Assembly: GCA_016177405.1 (NCBI GenBank)
Contig: JACOVG010000003.1
Span: 32,050 to 96,049, forward strand
DNA: 64,000 bases
From: Candidatus Omnitrophota bacterium
GTDB taxonomy: Bacteria; Omnitrophota; Gorgyraeia; 1-14-0-20-64-10
Direction of reading: 5' to 3'
Shown: piece by piece, positions 51,312-62,600 of the stretch
How the letters are laid out: the number at the start of each line of letters is the position of its first letter
How positions within the stretch are numbered: position 1 is the first letter of the stretch
Notes under the pieces: model-generated
Seen by the model: only the letters and a program-made list of their open reading frames with translations
What the model was told of the DNA's origin: nothing
Database searches by the model: none
Position numbers and translations under genes: made by a program

Positions 51312-54142
51312 TGGTTCCACCCGCCGATTACAAGGCCACCCTCAATCTTCCCAAGAGCGCCTTTCCCATGAAGGGGAACCTCCCGGCCACCGAGCCCGCG
51401 ATCCTGGGGCGATGGGAGGCGCAAGGCCTTTACGAAAAGATCCTGGCCCGGCGCCAGGGGGCTCCCGCCTTCATCCTTCACGACGGCCCACCCTACGCCA
51501 ACGGGGACATCCACATGGGGCATGCCCTCAACAAGACCCTCAAGGACTTCATCGTGCGCTTTGAGAACCTGAAGGGACGGCGGGCCCCCTACCTGCCCGG
51601 GTGGGACTGCCACGGCCTGCCCATCGAGTACGCCCTCATGAGGGAGCTCGCGGTCACCAAGCACGAGGTGGACACCGTGGAGTTCCGGCGAAAGGCCAGG
51701 GAATACGCGAAGAAATTCGTCGGGATTCAGCGCGAGCAGTTTAAAAGGCTCGGGGCCATGGGCCAGTGGGAAGATCCGTACCTGACCCTGGCGCCGGGCT
51801 ACGTGCAGGCAGCCCTGACGGTCTTGAAGAGGCTGACCGAGGAGGGCTTTGTCTACCGCGACAGGCGCCCGGTCAACTGGTGCTGGTCCTGCGAGACCGC
51901 CTTGGCCGAGGCCGAGGTGGAGTACGAGAAGCATGCCTCGCCGTCGGTCTACGTGAAGTTCCCGCTGACCGCGGAGTCGGCCAGAAAGCAGGGCGGCATC
52001 GAGCCGGGCGCCGGCCGGGGCACGTACCTCGTGATCTGGACCACCACCCCCTGGACCCTGATGGGCAACACGGCGGTGGCGGTTCATCCGGATTTCGAGT
52101 ATGCCGTCTGCCAGGCCGGCCCCAACGAGGAATGGGTGGTGGCCGCGGATTTGCCGCCGCATTCCGCGCGGGCGCTGGGGTGGGAAAAGAAATCCTTAAA
52201 TATCAAACGGACCCTCCGCGGCAGGGAGCTGGAGGGATGGGCCTATGAGCATCCCTTGGGCATCAGGCAGGGGCGGGTGGTTCTGGCCGATTATGTCACG
52301 CGGGAGGATGGAACCGGGCTCGTTCACACCGCGCCCGGCTTCGGCGCGGAGGACTACCTGACAGGGAAGAAATACGGTTTGGAGGTGCTGGCTCCGGTCG
52401 ATTCCCAGGGCCGTTTTGCCGGCCTGCCGAAAGCGGCCGAACGGTTTAATGGCTGCCAGGTTCAAGAGACCAATCCGGCCGTCATCGAGGAGCTTCGGGA
52501 GCTCGGCGCTCTGGCGGCGCCCGCGGCCCAGGTGGAGCACGACTACCCGCACTGCTGGCGCTGCCATACGCCGATCATCTTCCGGGCCACCGATCAATGG
52601 TTTCTGCGCGTCGAGCACCAGGGCCTGCGCGAGAAGCTCGCGAGGGTCATCGCTTCCTCGGTCCAATGGATCCCGCCCGAGGGCCGGGAGAGGATTCTGG
52701 GAATGGTCAAAACCCGGCCCGATTGGTGCCTCTCCCGACAGCGGTTGTGGGGGATCCCGGTCCCCGCCCTGGAATGCGTTTCCTGCGGCGAGGGGCTCCT
52801 GCACCCGGAGGTGATCGAGCGCTTCGCCGCCGCCATCGGCAGCGACCCGGAGGGTTCGGACCGGTGGTTCACCGAACCCGTCAGCCGGTGGCTGCCCCAG
52901 GGGCTGGCCTGCTCCAAGTGTAAGAGGAGGGAATTCAAGGCCGGCCGGGACATCCTGGACGTCTGGTTCGATTCTGGCGTCAGCCACGAGGCGGTCCTGG
53001 CCCGGCGCGAGGGGCTTTCGCGGCCGGCCGACCTTTACCTGGAGGGGTCCGACCAGCACCGGGGATGGTTTCAGGTGTCGCTGATCACGGCGGTCGCCTT
53101 GAACGGCCAGGCCCCCTACCGGGGGGTCCTGACCCACGGTTTTGTGGTGGACGGCCAAGGGCGGAAGATGTCCAAATCCCTGGGCAACGTCATGGCCCCC
53201 CAGGAGGTGGTTTCCTCGCTGGGGGCCGATGTCCTGCGGCTGTGGGCGGCCTCTTCCGATTACCGGGAGGACATCCGGCTTTCTCCCGTGATCTTGAATC
53301 AGGCGGCGGAGGTCTACCGGAAGATCCGGAACACCCTGCGCTTCGCTCTTTCCAACCTGTCCGACTTCAACCCGTCGGATCTGGTCCCTTTTGAGAGAAT
53401 GGAGGGCTTGGACCGCTGGCTGATGATTCAGCTTCGGCGCGTGACCGAAGAGGCGACGCGGGACTACGAGACCTTCTCCTTTCACAAGGTGGTCAAGGCG
53501 ATCCATGAGTTCTGCACCGTCACCTTGTCGAACTTCTATCTGGACGTCGTGAAGGACTGTCTCTACACCGAGGCCTCGGCCGATTCCAAGCGCCGCTCGG
53601 TTCAATCGGCCCTCTGGCGCGCCAGCGAGACCCTCCTCCTGCTTTTGGCCCCCCTGATTCCCATGACGGCGGAGGAGGCTTGGGGGGCCCTGCCCGGCAA
53701 GGGCGAGTCGATTCACCTGCAGGACTGGCCCGATCCCAAGAACCTGCCGGAGGATCCGAATCTGGAGCGGCAGTGGCAGCGGCTGCTCGCCTTGAGGGAC
53801 CAGGCGATGAAGGCTCTGGAGGAGGCCCGCTCCCAGGGGCTGATCGGCGATTCGCTTCAGGCGCGCCTGACCTTGAAGGTGGAGGAAGAGGGGCTTTGGG
53901 ATTTCCTGAAGGGCAGGGAGGAGGACCTTAAGCTGGCGTGCCTGGTGTCGGATCTGCGCCTGGTGAAGGAGAAGGGCTTGGGGGCGCCGTGCCGGATGGA
54001 GATTGCCAAGGCGGAGGGGACCAAATGCCAGCGTTGCTGGAGGTATGAGGCCACGGTGGGCTCCTCAAAGGCGCACCCGGGCCTTTGCCGGCGCTGTCTG
54101 ACGGTCGTCGAGAAACTGCTTTGCGGTGGCAGTACTGGCTGA
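51311..54142 (+). CDS. ileS: isoleucyl-tRNA synthetase (type 1, C-terminal zinc finger)
   Basis: ATG 51311; HDGPPYANG, HMGH, GWDCHGLPIE, WTTTPWT, EGSDQHRGWF, KMSKS, CQRCW...CRRC. Confidence 0.97.
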   Translation: MVPPADYKATLNLPKSAFPMKGNLPATEPAILGRWEAQGLYEKILARRQGAPAFILHDGPPYANGDIHMGHALNKTLKDFIVRFENLKGRRAPYLPGWDCHGLPIEYALMRELAVTKHEVDTVEFRRKAREYAKKFVGIQREQFKRLGAMGQWEDPYLTLAPGYVQAALTVLKRLTEEGFVYRDRRPVNWCWSCETALAEAEVEYEKHASPSVYVKFPLTAESARKQGGIEPGAGRGTYLVIWTTTPWTLMGNTAVAVHPDFEYAVCQAGPNEEWVVAADLPPHSARALGWEKKSLNIKRTLRGRELEGWAYEHPLGIRQGRVVLADYVTREDGTGLVHTAPGFGAEDYLTGKKYGLEVLAPVDSQGRFAGLPKAAERFNGCQVQETNPAVIEELRELGALAAPAAQVEHDYPHCWRCHTPIIFRATDQWFLRVEHQGLREKLARVIASSVQWIPPEGRERILGMVKTRPDWCLSRQRLWGIPVPALECVSCGEGLLHPEVIERFAAAIGSDPEGSDRWFTEPVSRWLPQGLACSKCKRREFKAGRDILDVWFDSGVSHEAVLARREGLSRPADLYLEGSDQHRGWFQVSLITAVALNGQAPYRGVLTHGFVVDGQGRKMSKSLGNVMAPQEVVSSLGADVLRLWAASSDYREDIRLSPVILNQAAEVYRKIRNTLRFALSNLSDFNPSDLVPFERMEGLDRWLMIQLRRVTEEATRDYETFSFHKVVKAIHEFCTVTLSNFYLDVVKDCLYTEASADSKRRSVQSALWRASETLLLLLAPLIPMTAEEAWGALPGKGESIHLQDWPDPKNLPEDPNLERQWQRLLALRDQAMKALEEARSQGLIGDSLQARLTLKVEEEGLWDFLKGREEDLKLACLVSDLRLVKEKGLGAPCRMEIAKAEGTKCQRCWRYEATVGSSKAHPGLCRRCLTVVEKLLCGGSTG

Positions 54143-54164
54143 TATAATTTAACCTCTTACGAAG

Positions 54165-54569
54165 ATGACAAAACCCGATTTGGCCCGATACAAAAAGCTC
54201 CTCTTGAAGAAGAAGGAGGAGGTCCTTCAGGCGATGAAGCACATCGCGAAGGACACCCTAAGCCAGTCCCAGCGGGAGGCGTCCGGAGACCTTTCCGGCT
54301 ACACCTTCCACATGGCCGATACCGCCACCGACAGCTACGACCGGGAATTCTCCCTGGGGCTGGCCACGAACGCCCAGAAGATCCTCTACGAGATCGAAGA
54401 GGCGCTCAAGAGGGTCAAGGAGAAGGGGTTCGGCAGCTGCTTGACCTGCGGCAAGGCCATCAACCGCAAGCGCTTGACCGCCATTCCGTACGCCAGCCTT
54501 TGCATCGCTTGCCAGGCCGTTGAGGAGACCAAGCGCCGGGCCTCCGGACCTCCGGCCGAATCGGCCTAG
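54165..54569 (+). CDS. DksA/TraR family C4 zinc-finger protein
   Basis: HMADTATD coiled-coil tip, CLTC...RLTAIPYASLCIAC. Confidence 0.9.
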   Translation: MTKPDLARYKKLLLKKKEEVLQAMKHIAKDTLSQSQREASGDLSGYTFHMADTATDSYDREFSLGLATNAQKILYEIEEALKRVKEKGFGSCLTCGKAINRKRLTAIPYASLCIACQAVEETKRRASGPPAESA

Positions 54570-54578
54570 CGGCCTCCT

Positions 54579-55019
54579 TTGCCCTTTTACATCCTGGGCT
54601 TGGCCTTGGGGGTGGTCTTGGCGGATCAGATCACCAAGGCCTGGGCCCTGCAAGCCTTGTCGGAGCTTCCCACCCGGCCGATCGTGCCGGGGATCTTCCA
54701 CCTGACCCTCATCCAGAATCCCGGGGTGGCCTTCGGGTTGTTCAGCGGCCAGCCCCTCCCGGTGGCGCTGGGCACGACCGGGATTCTCTTTTGGCTCATC
54801 TGGTCATCCCTGAAGAACCGCCACACCGAGGGGGCGAGCAGCGCCCTGCCGCTGGGGCTCATCTTGGGGGGCGCCATGGGCAACCTGATGGACCGGATCC
54901 GGCTGGGCGGCGTGGTGGACTTCTTGGACTTCAGGATCTGGCCGGTCTTCAATGTGGCCGATAGCTGCATCACGATCGGCGCCGCCCTCATGGCCTTAAG
55001 CCTTATCAGGAAGAAATAG
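54579..55019 (+). CDS. lspA: lipoprotein signal peptidase
   Basis: DQITK, NPGVAFG, GNLMDR, VVDF, FNVAD. Confidence 0.95.
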   Translation: MPFYILGLALGVVLADQITKAWALQALSELPTRPIVPGIFHLTLIQNPGVAFGLFSGQPLPVALGTTGILFWLIWSSLKNRHTEGASSALPLGLILGGAMGNLMDRIRLGGVVDFLDFRIWPVFNVADSCITIGAALMALSLIRKK

Positions 55020-55023
55020 CCCG

Positions 55024-55754
55024 ATGCACCCCGTTCTCTTTCAATGGGGGCCGCTTACCCTCCACAGCTACGGCCTGATGCTGGCGATCGGATTTTTAAG
55101 CGCCCTTCAACTGGCCCTCCGGCGCGCCAGAGAGCTTTCGATCGACCCGGCGGTGGTTCAAAATCTGGCCTTCCTTGTCCTGGGCTTCGGGATCGCCGGG
55201 GCCCGCGCCGCCTACGTTCTTCTTTTCTGGGAGATGTTCCGGGGCAATCCCCTGGAGATCCTCCGGCTGGATCACGGAGGGTTGATTTTCTACGGCGGGC
55301 TGGCGCTCGGGGTCCCGGCGGGGCTTGTTTACCTGAAGGGAAAGGGGCTTTTGAGCTGGCGGATGGTGGACCTGGTGATTCCGCCGCTTACGCTGGCGCA
55401 CGCGATCGGCCGCGTCGGCTGTTTCTTAAACGGCTGTTGTTACGGCGAGCCCTTCCTGGGCCCCTGGGCGGTTGTTTTTCCACCGGAGGGGATCCCGCGC
55501 CACCCCACCCAGCTTTACGAGAGCGGCTTTCTGCTTATCCTGTTTTTGGGTCTCAAGCGGCTGGAAAGAAGCGGCCCCCGGCCGGGGGCGGTCGCCCTGA
55601 CCTACGGTTTCCTCTATGGGGCCTGGCGTTTCGGGGTGGAGTTCCTTCGCGGGGACAACGCCAGGGGGGCCTGGGGGCTGACGGCCTTCCAATGGGCAAG
55701 CGTTCCGTTGATCGTCCTCTGCGGATGGATGCTGGCAAGGCGAGTCATGAGAGG

Positions 55755-55758
<4 letters not shown>
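55024..55758 (+). CDS. lgt: prolipoprotein diacylglyceryl transferase
   Basis: SYGLM, GARAAY, GGLIFYGG, IGRVGCFLNGCCYG, HPTQLYE, EFLR. Confidence 0.94.
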
Positions 55759-56666
<908 letters not shown>

Positions 56667-56685
56667 AAAATATCATCTCCTTGCA

Positions 56686-59600
56686 TTGATTTCGCGCCCC
56701 TTACAGGGTAACCTTATGGTTGATATCCCGATGACAGATAACCCGATGGCACCCGGAAAGTTTTTTATTTTGCGCCGTTTCTTAGCCCTTTGGCTAATCC
56801 TGGGCCTCGCCCTGCCCAATTCCGCTTCGGCCCTTCGTCCGCAGAATGCCGGAATGGAAGAGGGCTCCGCCACCAACTCCCAATTGGAGCGCGTCCTCCG
56901 AGGCACATCGGTCCTTCCCGCTGTTTCCCCCGGCGCCGGGCTGGAGGAGGGGCGGGCTTCAAGGGCGACGAGTCTTCGCGCTTTTCTCAACCAACACTTC
57001 AAAACTGATGACAAGAGAGATTTGGTATACCGAATGCGCGCTCTCCTCGAACACTCGTCTGAAGCTACGGATTACCAATCATTCCTGAAAGATCTGGCAG
57101 GGATTGCCATAGTTTTGGGCCACGGGAGTAGTCTGGATCCCGCTTCGATCGAATTTTCCAATGACTTTGAGAGATGGCTGAACTCCCTAGATGAACAACG
57201 TCGGAACCCTGGTGAAGAAGATTCCTATGGTGTCTGGGAAAGAGATTCCCTCAGGTTCCTCCAGGCACTAGGGCCGACGTTAGAGATATTTGCAAAAGGC
57301 GAGGGAAGCCAAAGGGCCGATTTTGCAAGTGTCGCGTCTCAATTTAAGCTGTCCGAAGAGGAGCTTCAGGAGCTTGTCAACCGCGTCCAAGCGGCCATCA
57401 GATACGATGCCGCCAAGCCCGACGCTGGGCTGGAGGAGGAACTTCTTAAACTTGCCAAAGAGCTGGAGGGAAGGCTTCTGGAGCAGGTGGAGAAGGAGCC
57501 GAAGCTTGAGGGGTTGCGCGAGAACCTCAAGGAGTGGGGCATAAATTTAAAGGACACGACGGTTCTCCTCGGAATTCACCTGGGCGCGAACGTTCTAGGA
57601 TCTAGTTCTCCGCCCATGCTGAATCATCTCTTGAACGAATTTGGGCCGGTCCGCAAGGCCTTGGGGGATCGGAAGATTGTGCATCTGCCATTTAACGTGC
57701 CGGGAACTCCCAACCCGAGCGATCCGCTAAGCGATATCCAGAAAATCCTTCCTGCCATTTTGAAAAATCCCAGGTTCGCTCTGGCAACCTTCACCGAGCC
57801 CCACAAGGGGGTCCCGGTTCAATTGGACTGGGTTAATGAGCGGGAAGAAGAGACCGGGTCTAACCCCTCCGTGACCTTCGTCTTGCTTGAGCGAGACCCC
57901 AAGGGACAGGTTAAGACGGTTGGAATGAACGGCGACGGCCCCGCCTTTTTGATCGAGGTCGAGAGGGCGTGGGGCCCCCAGGGGGGCCAGCAAGGCGGGG
58001 TGGCTGGTAAGAATGTTGTTCTGGGTGCTGGCGGCTTGGGGATCTCGCTGGTTTCAACGATGCTCAATCTTCCCCCTGCGGATCGACCGGCCAGGATCGT
58101 TCTAACGGAGGTTCCGGGTAAGCTTGCCAAGGCCAAAGAGACCCTAGAAGAGCTTCTCTCGGCGCCTGAGCTGAAGCTTTCAGACGCACAAAAGGCGCAG
58201 GTCATCCTTCTCTCCGCCACAGACCCTAACGTCACGCTAGAAATCAAACAGGCGGACTGGCTGGTGGACGCCACGGGTCTTGGCACAGATCCTCTGAAGC
58301 CCGAGGAGACGCCTCTGCCAGATCCCTCGGTTTTCTCTCAGATGAAACCGGACGCCAATATTTTGCAGGCACCCTATCGGGACAAGGAGGGTAGGCCGGT
58401 ACTAACCCGATTGATCCGCGATGCCTATTCCCAAGGGATTCCCACCCATCGGCTTCACAACGGGTTGAGACTGGCCGCCCGCAGTGCTGCCCTAGAGGTT
58501 GCCTGGCTGGTCAAGCGGCTTACCGGCAAGGAGATTGACGTGGAGATGCTGTATCAAGAGACCTGCAGGTATATCCACGATGACCTTGGCATGAGAGAGG
58601 CAAAAGAACTCCTCCGGTCGCTTCCCTCCCACCAGGCCGGTTTGGAGGAGGGATGGCCCGGCCGCGTTGCCTACAAATTGCTCGGTCTGGTTGTGGAGGA
58701 TCCTCACGCTTGGGTCAAGGGGCTTCGCCGCCAGCATCTGGAGCGACAGCTTAAACACCGGGATCCAACTGTCAGACGTGACGCTGCCTCTGCCCTTGGC
58801 GAGATGAAGGATCTCCGAACTATCCCTGCCCTTATTAAAGCCCTGAAAAACCCCGATCCATTTGTCCGTCGCATCGCTGCCAATGTTCTTAAAAAGATGC
58901 ACCGGGATCCTCAAGTTGGCTCTGCCCTTCTTATTGAAGCCCTGAAAGATCCCGATCCAGATATCCGCAAGGGCATTGCCTTTGTCCTTGGCAGTATTAT
59001 AAGAGACCGCCAATCTATCCCCACTCTCATCAAAGTCCTGAAAGAAGACGGCGACTCAGGTGTACGAGAATCCGCTGCCTATGCCCTTCTAGAGATTACT
59101 GGGGTTCGCGTATTGCATTATGCGTACAACCCCTACAGCGCTGGGAGTAAAACCGTTGTTTCCCAAGCACCCCCTAAGTACCCAGAAGCCGTCACCCTCC
59201 TACAGTCCGCAGCAAGAGAGACTCAAGATCCTGCTGTTCGGTTTACCATTTCCTGGATCCTCGAACAGTTCCAACCCAATGGGCTTAAGCAGGGGGCAAA
59301 GCTTATTACAGATGTACTTTCCAATGCCCAGAAGGAAAGGTTCGAAAACCTGCCTGGGGTCTCTGTGCGGGACCATTCTTGGATGAAACGAAAAGTTAAC
59401 CAAATCGTCTTTCCCCCCTTTGGAGATTGGGCACCTCTTCAGGAACTCTTGAAAACGTCAGGCATCAATCCCTACGCGACCCGCCTTCAATTAACGAGCA
59501 GCGCCTGGCTGGAGGGCGACCGGGTCAAATATGGAACCATCCTTGTTCTGCTGGCCAGAGCCACCCCGGTTCTGTGGCATGCCTCCTATTTCCGTGCCGA

Positions 59601-62600
59601 TGTGAGGGCGCATGACATTCCCCCCATCGTTGGCCCTGTGCTTGCAGGGGCCACCGGGGGACCCCGCGTGTATCGCACCGACCGCCTCATCGGCCACCTG
59701 GGTCATTTCGAGGAGATGAAGGCCTTCTTCCTTTTGGACTGGGCCCAGTCCCAGCTTCAGCGTCGGCAGGCAGGTAAGGAGCCGTTAATCCCATTCGAAA
59801 AAGAAGCTGCCGACCTTTATCAAATTCTTCCAGGTGTTCTGCAGGGGGTCTTTCTAGGCAAACGCATTTCCCGCCAAGGGGTGGATCAATTTATTAAGAT
59901 TGGAGAGAGATACAAGATTCCGCCTCTTAACAATGAGGACCTCAAGGCCCTCAACCAACTCTTTGTCGGAAAGGATTCTCTCTCCCTAGAGGACATCCTC
60001 CAACCTGTCTGGCGGCTCAGTAAACCCAATGAGCATGACCGTTTTGAACCTGACGCCGAGGAAAATGCCCGGGCCTGGATGGCCCTTCTGGTCCTTGAGG
60101 CCATGAAAGTGAGATACCCCGACCTTCAGAAAAAAGCGGCCGATCAACTCGAGGAAATCCTCGGAAAACTCCTAATCCTCTACCTCCATTCCTCTACAAG
60201 CCCCTCGGCCCTTCCACAAGCTCCTGGTACCCCCGCCGGGCTGGAGGAGGGGAAGATTGACCCGGCGGTGAGGGGAGCGCTCCGCGACGCGTTTGCGGGT
60301 GAGGAGATGGACGTTTCGGCGCGAGCCAATATCCTTGGCGATCAATTTCTTTCGCTTGAACCAACCCAGAAGAAGGAGCTTCTCTCTTGGCTCATCCTGT
60401 TGGGGTACTCGAAGCCAGAGGCAAGTGAAGTATTTGCCGAGATGCTGATTAACCCGTCGTCACCTCAACTGCCTGAAGCCATCCTGGAGGTAATCCTGTC
60501 GGATATCTCCGACTCTATGCTCGTGGCGGCGGCTCAACCCTCCGGCAAGGCGTTTGAGACGACGCTGCCCTACCACGTGGGAGATCTTGTTTATGCCATC
60601 CATCCGGATGAAAAGAGAGAAGCGGCGGAGAAGGTCATGCTGCTTGAGATGACGAGGAAGAGTAAGAAGAAGGATTCCCGTTTCTATGTGCTAGGCAGCC
60701 ATATTCTGCTTAATCGGCTCTCACATTTACATACCGTTGAAACGTCACGGCGCCAATGGTTTGATCAAGCCATCTATGTTCTGCCCGGCCTTTTGTCGGA
60801 AGCGATCCTTCAATGGAGGGGCCAGCTTTACTTAATGGCAACTGAATCCTACCGTTCTTATCTTCACAGTGGAGTGCCCCTCTTGCCCCATATGCAGATC
60901 TTTTCTATCCTCTCTATGCTGGAGAGCACCTTGTTGCAACATCAAAGCTTCTTGGAGGCGGGTCGGCTTTCGCTCGATCTGTCGGTAGATCCAGAGACAC
61001 GTGCGCTCAGCGTAAGATTAATCGAGGAGAAAAGAGAGGCCCTTAAGACGGACTTCTCAAGAATGGATGGTTATTTTTCTACCCTTGCGGAAGAGGTCGA
61101 AACCTACCTGACTCAAAACCTAAAAAACCGAGGCAGCATTCATCTGAAACGGGAGCTGTTGGGCTTTTTGGTGAGGATGGATGAACGTTATATAGACCTG
61201 TTGAGGGCCGTAGGAAAGAGCCCCGAAGGGATTTCTCCCTTTCAGGAGAGGATCAGCCAGAGGCAGGCAGAAATCGAACAGATAGACCAAAAGGTGCTGC
61301 AGGTTCTAGGCCTCGCCGCTGGGCTGGAGGAGGTGGAGCCGAACGAGACGCTCCTTATCCGCTGGCTTAATATGCATGAAGCCTTGTTGAATGAGAAGTC
61401 CAACAATAAAGATAGCCTCTCACAGGCCAATGAACTTCAGGCCCAGTTGTTTGCTCGAACGACAAGTTTGGAGGCAGGGATGGGCTTGCTCCGCTACATC
61501 CACAATCACCTGCTTTTGGGCAATTTTTTGTTGATGAATAATTATCGTCAGCGCCAAGCGATAGGGGATCGTTTGGTGGACGTGGTGCTTCAGATAGCAG
61601 AAAACCATAAAAACGATATCCCCTTATTGGAACAGGCCGAAGTGGTCAGCAAGGCACTCCAAGTAACGTTATGGTCTGGACAGTCTATACATATACGCGC
61701 CATGACTACGAGAATGGTAATTCAAACTTTACTGAAAAACGCTAGGGAGACTGAACAGGAGCCGCCGCCCGACGCCGGGCTGGAGGAGTGGGGTGCGGAT
61801 GTGTGGGATCGTCTCTACGAAATTGCAGAGGTGCCTGCTGTGAAACAGCTGCTCAAATCCATCCTGTATCCAATCCCGTGGGAAGAGGGATATATTCAAA
61901 TAGAAGCTGCGGATTCGGATATCACCGAAAACTGGGGAAAGATTGTCGAGGCCTTATCGGATAGCAAGGATCTTCAAGAAACGGCCTCCGTTTTTCAGAC
62001 AAAAGTGTTCAAACCTTACCAGATTTACGGGACGCTGCTTTACGACAATGACAAAGAAGAGGGCGTCCTTTTCATCGGAGGCAGCGGTATCGGGAAAACT
62101 GGTCTAGCCGTTTCGGTACTTGACTTCCCCAAACGAGGAGGGAGACCACAAACCGACCGCTGGGATGTGATGGGCGATGACACCCTCATTGGATTCATGG
62201 ATGAGGGGAAGCTTTACGTGGGACACAATCCTTCCGCAGACGTTAATCACCTGAACTACGCCAATGGATACGTCCTTGGTCAATGGGACTTTTCAGAAGG
62301 ATTTGTTCCTGTTGGACGCGTTTTCATCATGACCGAAAGCAATGACAAAGGGGACAAGCAGAGTGTGGGAGATTTTGTTTTGGACTTGATGAGCACCAAA
62401 GAAGAGAAAGCGTTTTTACCTCCGGATATGTTACAGGCGCTCAACACGCTTCCTTCCACGCGCCTGCCTGTCCCAGACCAGGCGGACCTTCAATGGTATA
62501 AGGAGCATGCCAAACCGATTGTGGAGGCATCCGGGCTGGAGGAGGGGGACGCGAAAGAACTGCGGGCGTCATTGTTGGCGCTGTGGGAGGAGATAAGGGG

